Positions 12,602-25,158 of a DNA stretch of 64,000 bases are shown piece by piece. The stretch is from Lingula anatina (lineage: Eukaryota; Animalia; Brachiopoda), in contig CM120646.1 in the NCBI GenBank assembly GCA_051362555.1, forward strand, positions 13,454,001 through 13,518,000, written 5' to 3'. Every line of letters begins with the position of its first letter. The first letter of the stretch is position 1. The position numbers and the translations under genes were made by a program. The notes under the pieces are model-generated. The model saw only the letters and a list, made by a program, of their open reading frames with translations. It was not told where the DNA came from and searched no databases.

Positions 12602-14383
12602 ATGATTTTTTGCCAAATTGTTTTACTTTATTTTGTTTCGGTTAACTTGGGAGCGTACTGTGTTATTGTACAAGGCGTCGTCAATGAGTCGTCTCAAGAT
12701 TTTACTGACAACACGCGCGGCAAACTTGACGTTTTACGCTCGTCATACCTTTTGAAAAGTAAGTAGAGCTTAATTGTATCACACGGCGTTCATGGGATAG
12801 GTAGAAAATTTTGTGCAGTAAATTCAATGATTATTTAAGTCAAATGCATAATATTCTTTGTATCCTTTGTATAATTTAAGGTGAGACTCACTTACCTTCA
12901 TTATAAATTAGACAGTATCATTATTATGATAAATATTTATATTTGTTAGGTCACAGCCTTTAGTGAAACGAGAAGTAAACCAGTAAAGATTATTAATTGT
13001 TTAATTAATTCATATATTTATGCATTAATTAATTTATTTATTTATGTATTGGTATAGACTTAATTCGATACAGAATTGCAATTAAGACATGATTTGTTTA
13101 AATTTACCAAGGAATAACCACAAACATATACATTCATATGTTTATTATATATTTTATTCTTAAACTATCAACCAGACCGCAAAAGAAGACAGCTCGATAT
13201 ATTTCAGCAGATTGCGAATTCATTAGGCGGTAATGTCTACAACAGTAACAAAGGTTCCATTGGAGACGCAGTCAAAGTGGTTTCTGTAAGTCTGATAGAT
13301 AATCAATCAATCACAATTAATTCATAAACCCCAGGGTTGGCTTTCACTCCGTAATAGAGCCCCCCCCCCCCCCCCCCCCCCCCCCTGAGCTTTTTCCCCT
13401 AATGCAGTCTATTGATAAAAAATGACGTTCAGGTAACATTAATACATTAATATAAAAAAGGATGTTGTGAATTGTGTCCCTTTTCATGAGGTTATTTTGC
13501 TATGTTTTTGAACCTGATATTAGTATACAAAATTCATTGATGAGTTTAGAAACTTATGCGGCCAATTCATAGGGATAAATGCCATTTGTGCACATTGTAG
13601 GAGGAAATAGAGAACACAGCTAAAGTAACGATAGCAAAGTACATATGGCAAAGCACAGTGACTTCTCAATATATCCCGGTTGACAGCGAACTTCGTGAAG
13701 TATCTATTGCTTTACAGGGAACGGGGACTTCCATAGATATATTAAATGGTACCGGTAAGGCACTTGACGTCTTAATCTATTAATTTGTCAAACATTTTCA
13801 AATCACTCAAGTAAACTTATCGCTGTTAATTTTTAAAATTATTTATCACTGGAATGATCGTTTTTTATTTTCCTTTTTATCTTTTGGAAGTTCTGGGCAT
13901 GGTCAATGCTGTAACATATTGATGCCCATACCCATACTTCGTTGCCGTGCTGGTAAAAACGCTTGATATTGAACACACTTTAATCACCCTGTTCGATGTG
14001 GAGGAGATACGTTACTTCACAGGTCTTACCCTGATCTTTAGAGAAAGTTTATCATTGGTATTGTTGTTGTTGTTGTTCTTCTTCTTCTTCTTTTTCTTCT
14101 TATCATTATTGTTGTTGTTGTTGCTGTTGTTGTTTTTGGTCTTCTTCTTCTTAGTATTATGGATAAATGTATGATATCCCGTGTTTCCAATTTAACACTC
14201 AGAGTCTATTAAATATTCCCCAGGTAATCAAATGTCCATAACTCCGACATCAGCTGGCACCAGGGTTCAAATATACGACGTTAACAACTCTGTAAGTCTA
14301 CAATGTATCCCATGTGTGCACGTGACCACTGTAACGTTGATAACAAAGATGCTATGGCCACTGGAATTGACTTCTTTTTTTTT

Positions 14384-14433
<50 letters not shown>

Positions 14434-17400
14434 AACTGAGGCCGGTTATTCAAGGATACGCTGAAAAGTGTCTTATATCTAAAATCGTTGGCTTGGATCT
14501 CAGATTTTAAGCTTGTTTAAAACAAAATTAGATTGGTCGTCTTTATCTCGACCCCATGATTCCTAGATATATTTAAATGTTTGTAAAAACATGTGTACGA
14601 TAAAATTGTCATTTTACATGTACATACAGTGTATGACTTGCGGTTGTAGACACGAGGAATACTTTACAGATGTTTTTTCTACATTTTTCCTACAACCGCA
14701 GACACTGACCCCGGGAATGTGGGAGCTCAGAAGAATTTCTACGGGAAATATAGACCTTACGGTTACTGGAAAAAGTACATTTGATTTTACCCACCAGCTT
14801 TTAGAAGAAGACCCTGTTAGTGGGGACTTCTATGAGATATCAGGAAGACCTTTGGCAGGTAAGGCATGGAATTGTATTGTCTATCATAAAAAAGCAAATA
14901 ATGATAATGAAGGGTGTTATCACATAGCATTTTTTTTTCCTTAAACCTAGAGCGCATTAAGAACAGCGGACTTACAGATCCGCCAATCAAATATGGCCGA
15001 CCATCTTGAACACTTGTTGCGTAATCTCCGCGGGGAATCTATTCAGTGTCCAATCGGGAATTAAGCGGCAAGCTTTTCAATGGGTCGCCATATTTGATCC
15101 GCAGATCTATTAGTCCGATGTTCTGAATGCGCTCCTGGATAATTCATTCCCTGGTCTTTTATATATACATGTAAATGTTCATGTAGGATCCAATACAACA
15201 GTCACTCTTCGTGTCACCGAGATAAGCGTGATCAACGGGGTGCACACTCTAATGCTACATGATCAGTATGGACAAATAATCAAGACCTCCATCTTGGAAC
15301 AGGGTGTAGGAAAAAACACCAACGCGTACAGAGGATCTATAGTGATCCCTAATCAGGTAAGCTAACACGACATATGGAGATAATCAGTTTTAGAGTTAAA
15401 ATATGATTCAGTGGATGTCATCTGGTGTTTGCAAAGTAAGATAAAAACGTGACGGCACTGCGAGGAATATGTTTGTGTGCTCTCTCAAGTTTTAACATTA
15501 AATATCAATCAGACACGCGGTTTTTAACATTGTTTTCTGTGGAAATACACAGGCATTGCACACCTTTTTTCATCAGTTCATTGAAAACATTTCATAATGG
15601 CATGCACTTCATTCAAAGTGAACTGATAGAAACGGACTAATTTTTTTTCTTCTTTTTCTCTCCACTTATTTGAATAACGCTTGTATTTCATTGGCAGGCC
15701 TTTACGTTAGCGATCAATGGTACTGACCGCAGTGGACATACCTTCCTGCGCCAGTCTACGTCCACACTGTTACCGGTTAGCATCAAACTGGACATTGAAT
15801 CGCTTGGTACGTGTACCTCGACCGTTTGTGTTTCCTTTGTTTTGAGTTTAACAGTTTCCTTGTGATAAATGATATGTGTGTGTGGTATATATAATGAACA
15901 TTATCAGAATGTGCTTCGTCTTAATGAATTTCAGTGTATATTTCTGTAGGTCCGTAGGCTGCAGGACGTTTAGAGGGGGGGGGGAGGCGGAGATTAAGAA
16001 AAAATATTGGGGAATCTTTATAAAGTGCTCGCATTTTCCTTTCTTGTAGTCCATCAAATGTACCTTTTTTCTCTTCAATTAGTGCCGATAAATGAGAGCT
16101 TTTTACCACAAATGGCCTGAAAATGGCCTGTTTGTATTGTGGCTATAAGGCCTCAGGTGGAGAGTAGTCCCCCCTCTCTCTCCCCCCCCATGCATGCCCT
16201 ACTACCAACCAGTTTTCTCAGCAATTCAACCCGAAAGTGTGCAAAGTCCCCACTAAAAACATTAAAATGACGATTTATTGTGTCTTAGCAAGTCACCCAC
16301 AATTGATTAGAGTTTTAACATCATTTACCTAAATTTCATATAACATTCATAATGACAAAAACAATAACAAAAACACAAAAAAAAAAAAAATTATTAAAGA
16401 CTTTTGGACTTCTCACGTGTCATATTCACGAACAAGCTTTGCAACTCCTTTGATATAAACATGAAATAAATGAGCATGTCATTAGAAAATTCTGACTTTC
16501 AGGCACTCTTTTTGTTCATGAGTCCATGCTGATAAGATTCACCCTGACAAATGTTGGAGCTGACGGACAGTTTGAAGTTAACGCCACTGACGATAAACAT
16601 CTTCTGAGGCCCCCATTAACGCAATCATTTGTGCTAAAACAAGGAGAGAATAAGACAGGCGCATTTACCATTTCTGGTGGCTCTGCTGTACAGATTACAA
16701 GGTACCCTCAGATATTTCACCAGTAGCAGTTAAATGTCGTCATAGGACGCATTTAGATACACACATCGTACTATCTAGGTCGTTCGAACTCTGCTAGGGA
16801 TCCTCGCTTAAGTGCAATCAGTGGAATCGGTTTAATGAGCACACTATAGTTAACTACCCCCTGCCACCTCGAGGAGTCGTGTCAGACAATGCAGTTGATT
16901 CCACTGGTTGTAGTCGAGTAGCCAGAACGCTAACCCTGCAATGTTTTTTCCTGTAAACTTTTTTCGCTGAAATGCATTCTTTAGGTCGAGAGAAGCAAAA
17001 TTAGCTTGATTGCTATTTCCGAGACCTTGAGCATTTTTCAATATGGCCGTCAATTTATGAGAAAAAATAGAAAAACGAGCAGAAGTCGCCGGGTAAACTT
17101 TATTGACAGCTTTTTTGAACGTGTATCCTATCAGGAGAGCACAACAGTACTAGAGAATACACTTAAGCCCGTTACATATAGCAAAAAAGCCAAAATGGCC
17201 GTCAAAACATATGGCAGAAAGTAAAAACAGCTGCAAAATAAGTTCGTTTTTTTGCAAATTAAGTCTTATTAAAAACATTTCTGCCTTTTCTATTTATGTC
17301 CATTATGATAATTTGTTAGTCATGATCCTAAGCTCTCAGAAGCTGCTTATTTGACATTAATCAGATGGTGGCAGACGGTGCCATCTCCTGAGAGTCCATT

Positions 17401-20400
17401 TGCCACTCCGACGAGCCCCATAGTTAAAGCTTGCTATATTATATCTTGCAAGCTTTTTTAAAAGAAATTGTTTCATCTGGGTAACAAAACTTAGAGAAGC
17501 TTATAAGCTTGACTTTATTTGCCAGTTGATACGTAGGAGATATTGACAATTTTTCAAAATTCAAGATGGCCGTCAATTTGTTATGTGAAAAGCGAGAGCC
17601 ATACATTCGAATAAAAAAAATTAATGCTTCACTCCATTGTTCATCATTGCATATTTATATTTATGTCCATGCAAAGTGCGATCATTTATTTCATTTTTGC
17701 AAGTTATTTTAATAAAAATGGCCTCCAAAACATAATGGAAGGGCAAAGAAACAACTGTAAAACTACAAGGCTTTTAACTGAAATAGACTTTAACTGGAAC
17801 AAATATAAATACATATATAAAGTGAAATACGACATACCTGCGTTCAAGACACAGCACACAATAAAACATATTTTTAGGTTAAATGATACAAACAAGGAAA
17901 ACCAATATATCCGTCAATGCTGCTCTATGATCAATCTAAACATTGATTGAGGATATCTCAGTCCTGACAACTAGATTTCCATTCTAAATCAAAAATTAAT
18001 AAAAGGTATTATCATTCTAGTATGTGTAAATTAAATCATTTTGAAATAAAAAAAGGCGTCAAATCGTTTTCTTCAGGTTGGATTATTCTTATCCTTTTCT
18101 TGTATATTTTTTAAATATATTAACAGCTATGGGTAAAGACATTTTTGCTGTTTAACAATGAATTTTATTATAAATAATCGAGATCCAAGCAGGGGTATAC
18201 AAACCCAGAGGTTAGGGCCCATGAAGTCAGCTATTCTGGACAACGTGACATAGTACGGGGATATGCGAGGGTTATCCATCGACATCATATATTCGAAATG
18301 TTGTTTTTGCCAATATATACTTACAGATAATGGAAGCTTTGAGATAGTAATGTATACATTTTTCTACTTGTAGGGTAGATGTAATTATCCATTGTGCATT
18401 TATTGATGACTTAATGCTCGGGTAGTTAAGATAATGATGAGTTGTCATGTTGCCATGGTTCATTGCTCATGGGTAAGCTTTTTTTTTTGCAAAAATGGAC
18501 CAAATACACATTGAGCAATACTCAGTGGGCATCTGCACATTTTGAGGATTGGTTTTGGAGGCCTGTAAAGGCCAAAAAAGGTCACCCATGTCGTTAGTCC
18601 AGTGAACGGAATCATGCCATGTCTATCATGTGAACAACGTACATCTCTGGGCACTGGGTGTGAGGGGAGTCTGATTTGAGCTATAATGTATGGGCTGTTC
18701 CCACCCCACAATCAGGAACCTGGTTGAATGCCACAACATGCCAGGCTCTGTTAGCGATATACCGCAGCCAGGGCGAGAGAGTGTCAACTCCAGACCAGGA
18801 TCGCCACACCAGGTTGCATCAGCTACGGGAGCAGTTTCGCCATGCCAGTCGTACAGCACAAGAAGCACCCGGCAGGAACAACAACCGGAGCACCAGCCCC
18901 ACTGTGCGTCGACGCTTGCTGGCGGTCAACTGATGGTGGTCGTTGATGGCAACATACCAGTAACTGCTTGTCACTACATAGATCAGATCCTGCAACCTCA
19001 CATAACCTCGTTAATACAGCAGAAAACTGACATCACATTTTTCCAACAGGACATGACCCGTTCACATTCGGGGTAGGACATCCAAAGGGTGGATGTCCTA
19101 CCCCGGCCTGTCTATTTTCCGGATATGAATCCGATTGAACACCTGTGGTACTACATATATCTTTGCCCTCCGTTGGCCAAGGCAGCAGCTGATCGAGGCA
19201 CTACGACAAGGCTGGAATAGGATTCCACACGACACCACATTTATTGCCCGAGCATGCGCCAACAGATCGCCGCCTGCATCGAAGCAAGCGGAGATCGTAC
19301 CGGCTATTGACCATTGTGACTTTGTGTTGGGCTGGTGCCATTTTTGTTTTGAAACTATTCATGAAACTTAAGATTTTTGGTCCTGTATACCAATGTCCTA
19401 AACAAATGATTCATATGAAAATAATCCAGTTTAGAGCTTCAAAATAACAATTATTTTGAAAAATATGGCCTCAAAGATTTTAATGGCTGTCAGTATATAA
19501 CCAAAGATTTGTAAGATGTTTTGCTTATTGACTCTTAAAAATGCAAAGTTAAAAAAGTGCAGTAATAAGAAAAACTAGAAATACTGTTATATACTGATGA
19601 AATATTCTTACACGTGCCAATCTCAACAAAAAAAAATGGGAATTTTTAAAGCTAAATTTTATGTACATACTGAAAAAGTTATGATAAAGATATAAAATTA
19701 AAATATTAAGGTATGATCAATTTAAAAACAAAAGCGAAAAAAATAATAAGGTCAATATTTTTACAAAAGTTAAATTAAATTACACTCACCCCCCCTCCCA
19801 CCCCCCGTCCCCACCAACGGACTTGGTTGGACTCCATGTAAATATAAGAGTCCCGATTGCAGATTAACATTTTGGACTCCCTGTGCCCAAATTCCTGCAG
19901 AACCCCCTGTTGGCCCTTGATAAACTTTCTGTATTAAAAAGAGAACTTACGTAATGGTCAGTCCTATCAATGATCCTCTTTTATAGAGTCTTAGTATAAC
20001 TGTACCTTACAAGTACACTTTGTCAATAAATAACAGGGTTAGATATATTTCATTATACGCCGTATTATCAGTTTAAAACGTAATTTAACTGCTTTTTACC
20101 TTTTTTGGGCATGTTTTAGCGGTCATTTGAAATGTGGAATATCATGCACTTTAAACCTGACTCTTTGCTACTCTTTGCTATGTTTATTTACAATATAATG
20201 ATATTATAATATAATTTTATATTATTGACGGCCATCTTGAATTTTGAAAATTGATCAATGTTCCATATCTAGCCACTGCCAAGAAAGCCCAAATTTAATT
20301 GGCTTTTATACCCCCAAATTTTTAAATTCTTTAAAAAACTTCAGGGAATAACATTCTAAGTATTTGACTATGGGACCCGGAGAAGTAGCAAACAGACTCT

Positions 20401-23400
20401 TGGGGGGTTACTTAACTGTCAGATAAGCTTATACCAAGAGTTTCTAACAAAATATTATAATTAACATAAATATAAAAAGGGGATATGTTTTTTATAAAAA
20501 TAAATATGCAAAAAAACAAACTGATTCTGCAGCTTTTATCATTTTCTGCCTTATGTTATGACGGCCATTTTGGTATTTTGCTTAGTGGTACGCGATTAAG
20601 CGTATTCACTAGTACTGTTGTGCTCTCCTGATAGGATACACGTTCAAAAAAGCTGTCAATAAAGTTTACCCGGCGACTTCTGGTCGTTTTTCTATTTTTC
20701 GTCATAAATTGACGGCCATATTGAAAAATGCTCAAGGTCTCGGAAATAGCAACCAAGCTAATTTTGCTTCTCTCGGCCTGAAGAATGCATTTCAGCAAAA
20801 AAAGTTTACAGGAAAGAACATTGCAGGGTTCGACTATTGGGCCTATGGGAGTGGCGACTCGACTATTGCACTTCGGCAAGAATCCCCCGCAGAGCTGGAC
20901 CGACACAGCTAGTACGATGTGTGAAGCTGAATGCGGTCCTTGTGAAAGAAAACAAAATGCTCTAGCAATAACAACGTCTAACAACGTTTTAATAATGATG
21001 ACTAAACCCCTTGCGTTTTTTGGGGTGATACATATGGCCAGAGTGTCCATTTTATTGTCAATAGATATGATGACTAAAGTTTGATCATCCCTGTTAAAAT
21101 CATAACTTGAAATATTTTGATTGCAGGGCATGTCCTAGAAATCTGACATTTTCTGACAGGTGCTTGTTTATCTTGGTCAAGAGATGCCACTGTGTTGTTT
21201 AACGTCACGTCAATCGACTTTTCTCTCCATATTCAGTCGTTAATCATTTACAGCGTTTTTTCAGGGTGACGTTCTCTGCAGGCCTTAAGGGTGGAGATAC
21301 AAACGACCGACAGTTAAGTGTGAAGACTGTATCAGTCACGAGGAGACCGACCACGCTTAAGGTAAACAATGCAACGCTGTAGTACTTGGCAACTGGTGAC
21401 TTTTTAAAAGCGTAAACACTCGTGAAACTAAGTATTTGACACTTTATGCTAGTTAATTATCGTCAAGTCTTAAATCAAAATGCTTATATGTAGAAACAGT
21501 CACAATCTTGATTACTTATTCTTGAAGTTGTCATTGATAATCATTGACGGGCGGCCTCCCCTACATTACTGAAATAACTTTGTATTGTTTGCTTAACTGT
21601 AAATTATCGTTCGTCAACAACAGTGTAAACCGCTGTAAGTAAAGCATCGTAAGTAAAGCAGTGTAAAGCATCGATTAACTAGTCACAGTAAATAAAAATT
21701 GGTTCATTTCCCACTAATAATGCGGGTCGAAAATCCTAAAAATCACGAATCACTGGGTACTGGGTATAATGATTTCATTTCACGAAGGGTGGAGAATAAA
21801 AAGCTGCATTCTGGAGTCACGGGAATGGGCTGGTTCACGAATCACGCTACATGCATGTACAATATGAACGTTTGAAAAGTGGCTCTCAAGGGTAACGAAA
21901 GAACCCATGAATGGGACCCTTTCAATTACGTTTGATGCTATTTTGTTGTTTATAATGTATTGCTTTTTATCATATTTTATATTTCAAAATATCCTTTTAT
22001 ATTATTATAAATACATATAATAAATTATTTTTTTTAATTAAAATTTCCCCTTTTCACCATTTATTCAGCCGCCCGACAGAGAGCCTCCATCGTGTACCCT
22101 GATCTCAGTAGACGGGAACTGCACAGCAGCGCAAACCAACCCCTGTGTCTGCCGTTTATACAGATGGAGCGCCGTGGCAGAGGCTCGAGATACCGACTCT
22201 GGGCTGGCAACCCTGAACGCCGGCGGGATAAGTGCAGAAATTCCTTTGATTTCTAATTTCTCCGTGGGTGATAAAAACTTCGTCAACGTCAACATTACGT
22301 ATGTGATTTAGCTTTTTTTTTTTAGATAGGATCTTTAGTGGATTAAATGGTCAATCTAGGGGGTTCTTCCCACCCAAAATTAATTTTTAGTATTTTTAGT
22401 ATTCAATTTTTTTGTGTGTATTTCACATCAATTATTTAACAATTTTATTATAATTCAGAGCTACGTGTTGTAACCCACGTGTCACCATTAATGCCGGGGA
22501 CTTAGAGGGTAACCTGGGACAGTGCGTTATTTCGTTTATTGACGACACGCTTGCGCTCAACTACTCGTCGCAGCAGTGTATCACTACCACAGAGATGACA
22601 ACAGTAATAGAAACTACCCAAGCAACTACCGACGCCTCGTCGACGTCGGACTTCAAGACAACGTATCATGGATTCACGCAATCTACCGAAGAGTTAACGT
22701 CTCCAAGTAGCTTAAACAGTTCGGTCAGTTCCAATTTTAAAAGGCTATTGTTTTAACACCATCTACACAGCATAAGCAATGCAGTACATTTACACTGTAC
22801 CCTTATTACATTTTTTTTCAATTAGGTATTTGCAATTAACGTTTTCTCTTTTTGACATTACAAGACGTTTTTAACCTTAGGCCTATATTCGCTTTTCTTA
22901 TGACGATACACAAAAAATGTTTTTTTTTTTCAAATCCTTCATTGTTCTTTTTCCAAGCTTGGAGCGCAATCCAATGTAGATATGAAACCAACAACGATTG
23001 CCGCAATATCAGTGGGCGCTTCACTAGGTGCTATACTCACAGTCTTACTGGTAAGCATCAACAGTCCCAGTTATCAATATATATCTTAAACAGTGCTGCC
23101 ATCTGATTGTACATTGGATGACAATAATTTAGTTTTTGTTTATAGTTTTAGTTTAAAGTTTTTGCATAGTTTTTTTTCTTGTTTCATACATAGGAGCTTT
23201 ATTTGAAGAAGTAAATATGAATGTTATATAAGGTGCCATTCAGATCGAGAAGAGCCGAGTGCTAGGCCGCGACCTAAATATGGCGGACCAACATAAAAGG
23301 AAGACCACTTAATCCTGTATAGTCTCTCCGCCTCTCAGACGTCTACCCACTCGTCGTCCCTGCAGGGGCACAGTAATTAAATCTCGGCTCAATTCAACCG

Positions 23401-23761
23401 GTCAAGATTTGACGCGGCCTATCTAGCTCTTGGCTCTTCTCGATCTGAATGGTCCCTAAATCCACATATTTGTCCTTGAGATGCTAATTGAACGACTAAT
23501 ATCTTTTACTGGCACTCGCTTTCAGTATACGTTAATTCCCTTCACATGAATGATGTGGCCAATTTGGGTGTGTTTTGTTCCCATTTCCATTGCGTTATCT
23601 GTATTTGACAGGTATTATATGTGGTAAAGAAGACTTTGGCAGGCAAGGTGTCCTCACAAAGCATAGCCTCAAAATCGGCCAACACGTGGAAAGACGCGAA
23701 CGCCGAGAGTTCAGCGGAGGGAAAGAACTATCACAAGGCACATGAACTCTACGATATATAA
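12602..23761 (+). CDS. VWA7/hemicentin-N-terminus-like type I membrane protein (N-terminally truncated VWA7-like), 13 exons, 652 aa
   Basis: Phase-consistent exons: 12602-12758, 13176-13285, 13601-13754, 14224-14291, 14702-14858, 15187-15356, 15698-15806, 16503-16701, 21265-21361, 22069-22298, 22459-22723, 22958-23050, 23612-23761. Signal peptide MIFCQIVLLYFVSVNLGAYCVIVQG. VWA-tail motif FQQIANSLGGNVY. Ig-like motifs IPVDSELREVSIALQG, PGMWEL...VTGKSTFDF...GRPLAG and INGTDRSGHTFLR. VWA7-type Cys-rich end DREPPSC...C...C...W...DTDSGL and TCCNPRVTINAGDLEGNLGQC. Thr-rich stalk, TM segment IAAISVGASLGAILTVLLVLYVV, tail ending HELYDI*. Confidence 0.88.
14388..14429. repeat. (GT)n microsatellite
   Basis: Direct reading. 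Confidence 0.95.
14949..15135. mobile_element. Hairpin MITE, same family
   Basis: GAGCGCATTAAGAACA...TGTTCTGAATGCGCTC TIRs. Internal sequence matches the 1369 and 2068 copies. Confidence 0.8.
16744..20940. mobile_element. Non-autonomous DNA transposon with very long (~700-840 bp) TIRs in intron 8 of the VWA7-like gene
   Basis: 16744-~17580 is the reverse complement of ~20224-20940. ORF-track peptides MTAILKNAQGLGNSNQANFASL occur at 16850(-) and 20709(+). Termini AGGAC(C)GCATT. No clear TSD, so superfamily is unassigned. Confidence 0.85.
18318..19495 (+). mobile_element. Degenerate Tc1/mariner element nested in the long-TIR element
   Basis: Frameshifted transposase pieces: QDRHTRLHQLREQFRHASRTAQEAPGRNNNRSTSPTVRRRL, QILQPH...FFQQDMTRSH, FPDMNPIEHLW, LIEALRQGWNRIP. 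Degenerate TIRs TACT(T/G)ACAG...CTTTGAG flanked by TA. Confidence 0.85.
23231..23418. mobile_element. Related hairpin MITE
   Basis: CCATTCAGATCGAGAAGAGCC / GGCTCTTCTCGATCTGAATGG inverted repeats plus the AAATATGGCGGA core. Confidence 0.7.
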
Positions 23762-25158
23762 ATTGCGGGAAGGGGGCAAACGTTATAAGAGATATCTTCA
23801 CTACCCATATGCAACCTCTAAATCCCATTTTCAGTCAAACTGACCCGACCCATTTGAATGGGCTAATTGATTACGGCGAGCTCTTCGTAGGCAGTAAATC
23901 AAAGCATGCCCTTTTCTTTGAGATAAGCGGCGTGTCATTGGATCGCATGACGTCGTATGTTTAATTGAATCGATTGTAATCTGACGACGAACTGAATGCC
24001 TTCCGACTTTACTTTAAAAATGCTGATTACAGTGCTCTAGAAGAACGGGGGTTAACCAAGCAGACAGGAGAAATATTTTGTTGTCTCGTTTTGTCGCTTT
24101 CGATCTCCAGCTATGTTAGAAGCACTTGTACATGTATATTCTACACGTATTTCTAAACCCAAAACCCCAAAGATGACATTTTCATTCAATCATGTTAAGA
24201 GCCAGGTGATTTTATTCGTTCCCATATACATTAATACTCTTGAATATCTCATCTTACTCAATACCTACTAATTATGAATACAATAAGTTTTTTCCAGGTA
24301 GTAAGAGTTAGTGTGCTTTTCGCATTACATGTATAACAAAGACCATCAAAATTGCGTTCTGAATATTTATTAAAATAGTCGGAAAGTTGGCTTCTGGCCA
24401 ATGCATTCTTAAATAAACGGAGACTAGTGGTGGAAATATAAAATATAAATATAGACTTGTTTCGAAATTGAATTTCAAGTAGCTGAAACATAAGTAGACT
24501 CGATACGAGTGTCAAATATGGTATTCTTTCAGCACCTAGCCGGATCAAATGTTGTATCGGCTGGTGAGCCATCTCAGTTGAAACCACATAGGTGCGGCTC
24601 CCGGTCCCCGAATTATGTTTACCTCAGTTAATGGGAATCGCATATTGAGCAGATTGCTAATTTATATCTGAATATTTACGTTGCAGGAAATGATAATCTT
24701 TCCAGTCACAAGTCTTGGTGCATAATGCCATACCTGGTCCTAGAAAAGAAATTTAATAACACGGCATTAATTCTTGATCATGTAGTATGCATTCTACGTG
24801 TATCTAAAGCAAACTGGGCACTGACGTCATATCTATACAAAACATTCTCGGTGGACAATAAGGGGCACATAATTAGCCAGAGAATTATCTTTGAACATAT
24901 GGAGATAAGCTCTCACGGCGGTCCCGGTAGGGGCTTGTCCTGGTCCAGGCACAGGCGAGAATGTCTTCATAGCAGAGGTATAAAGTGTAGTGATATGATT
25001 GATCTGGGCAGTGCCATTTAGCTTGTGTTGCCAATATTGCTAACCTGATTTTTATTTCCGAAACCCTGCGTTTGCGAATCGGATTTAAAAAAATGGTGTA
25101 TTGAAAAACCATCACGTTAGAAAAATTATTAGGTATATCATACCTTACCTACATGAAC

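Noticed and set aside
13947-14174. Very hydrophobic poly-Leu/Phe ORF
   Set aside because: Translation of (TTG)n/(TTC)n simple repeats in an intron.
20556-21131. 191-aa minus-strand ORF and its mirror ORFs at 16850-17224
   Set aside because: They lie in transposon TIRs and show no protein motifs; the similarity reflects the inverted repeat.
24725-25150. Donor 10 nt after the orphan gene stop and a possible 6-nt microexon near 24735
   Set aside because: A 3' UTR intron is plausible but cannot be supported without transcripts.
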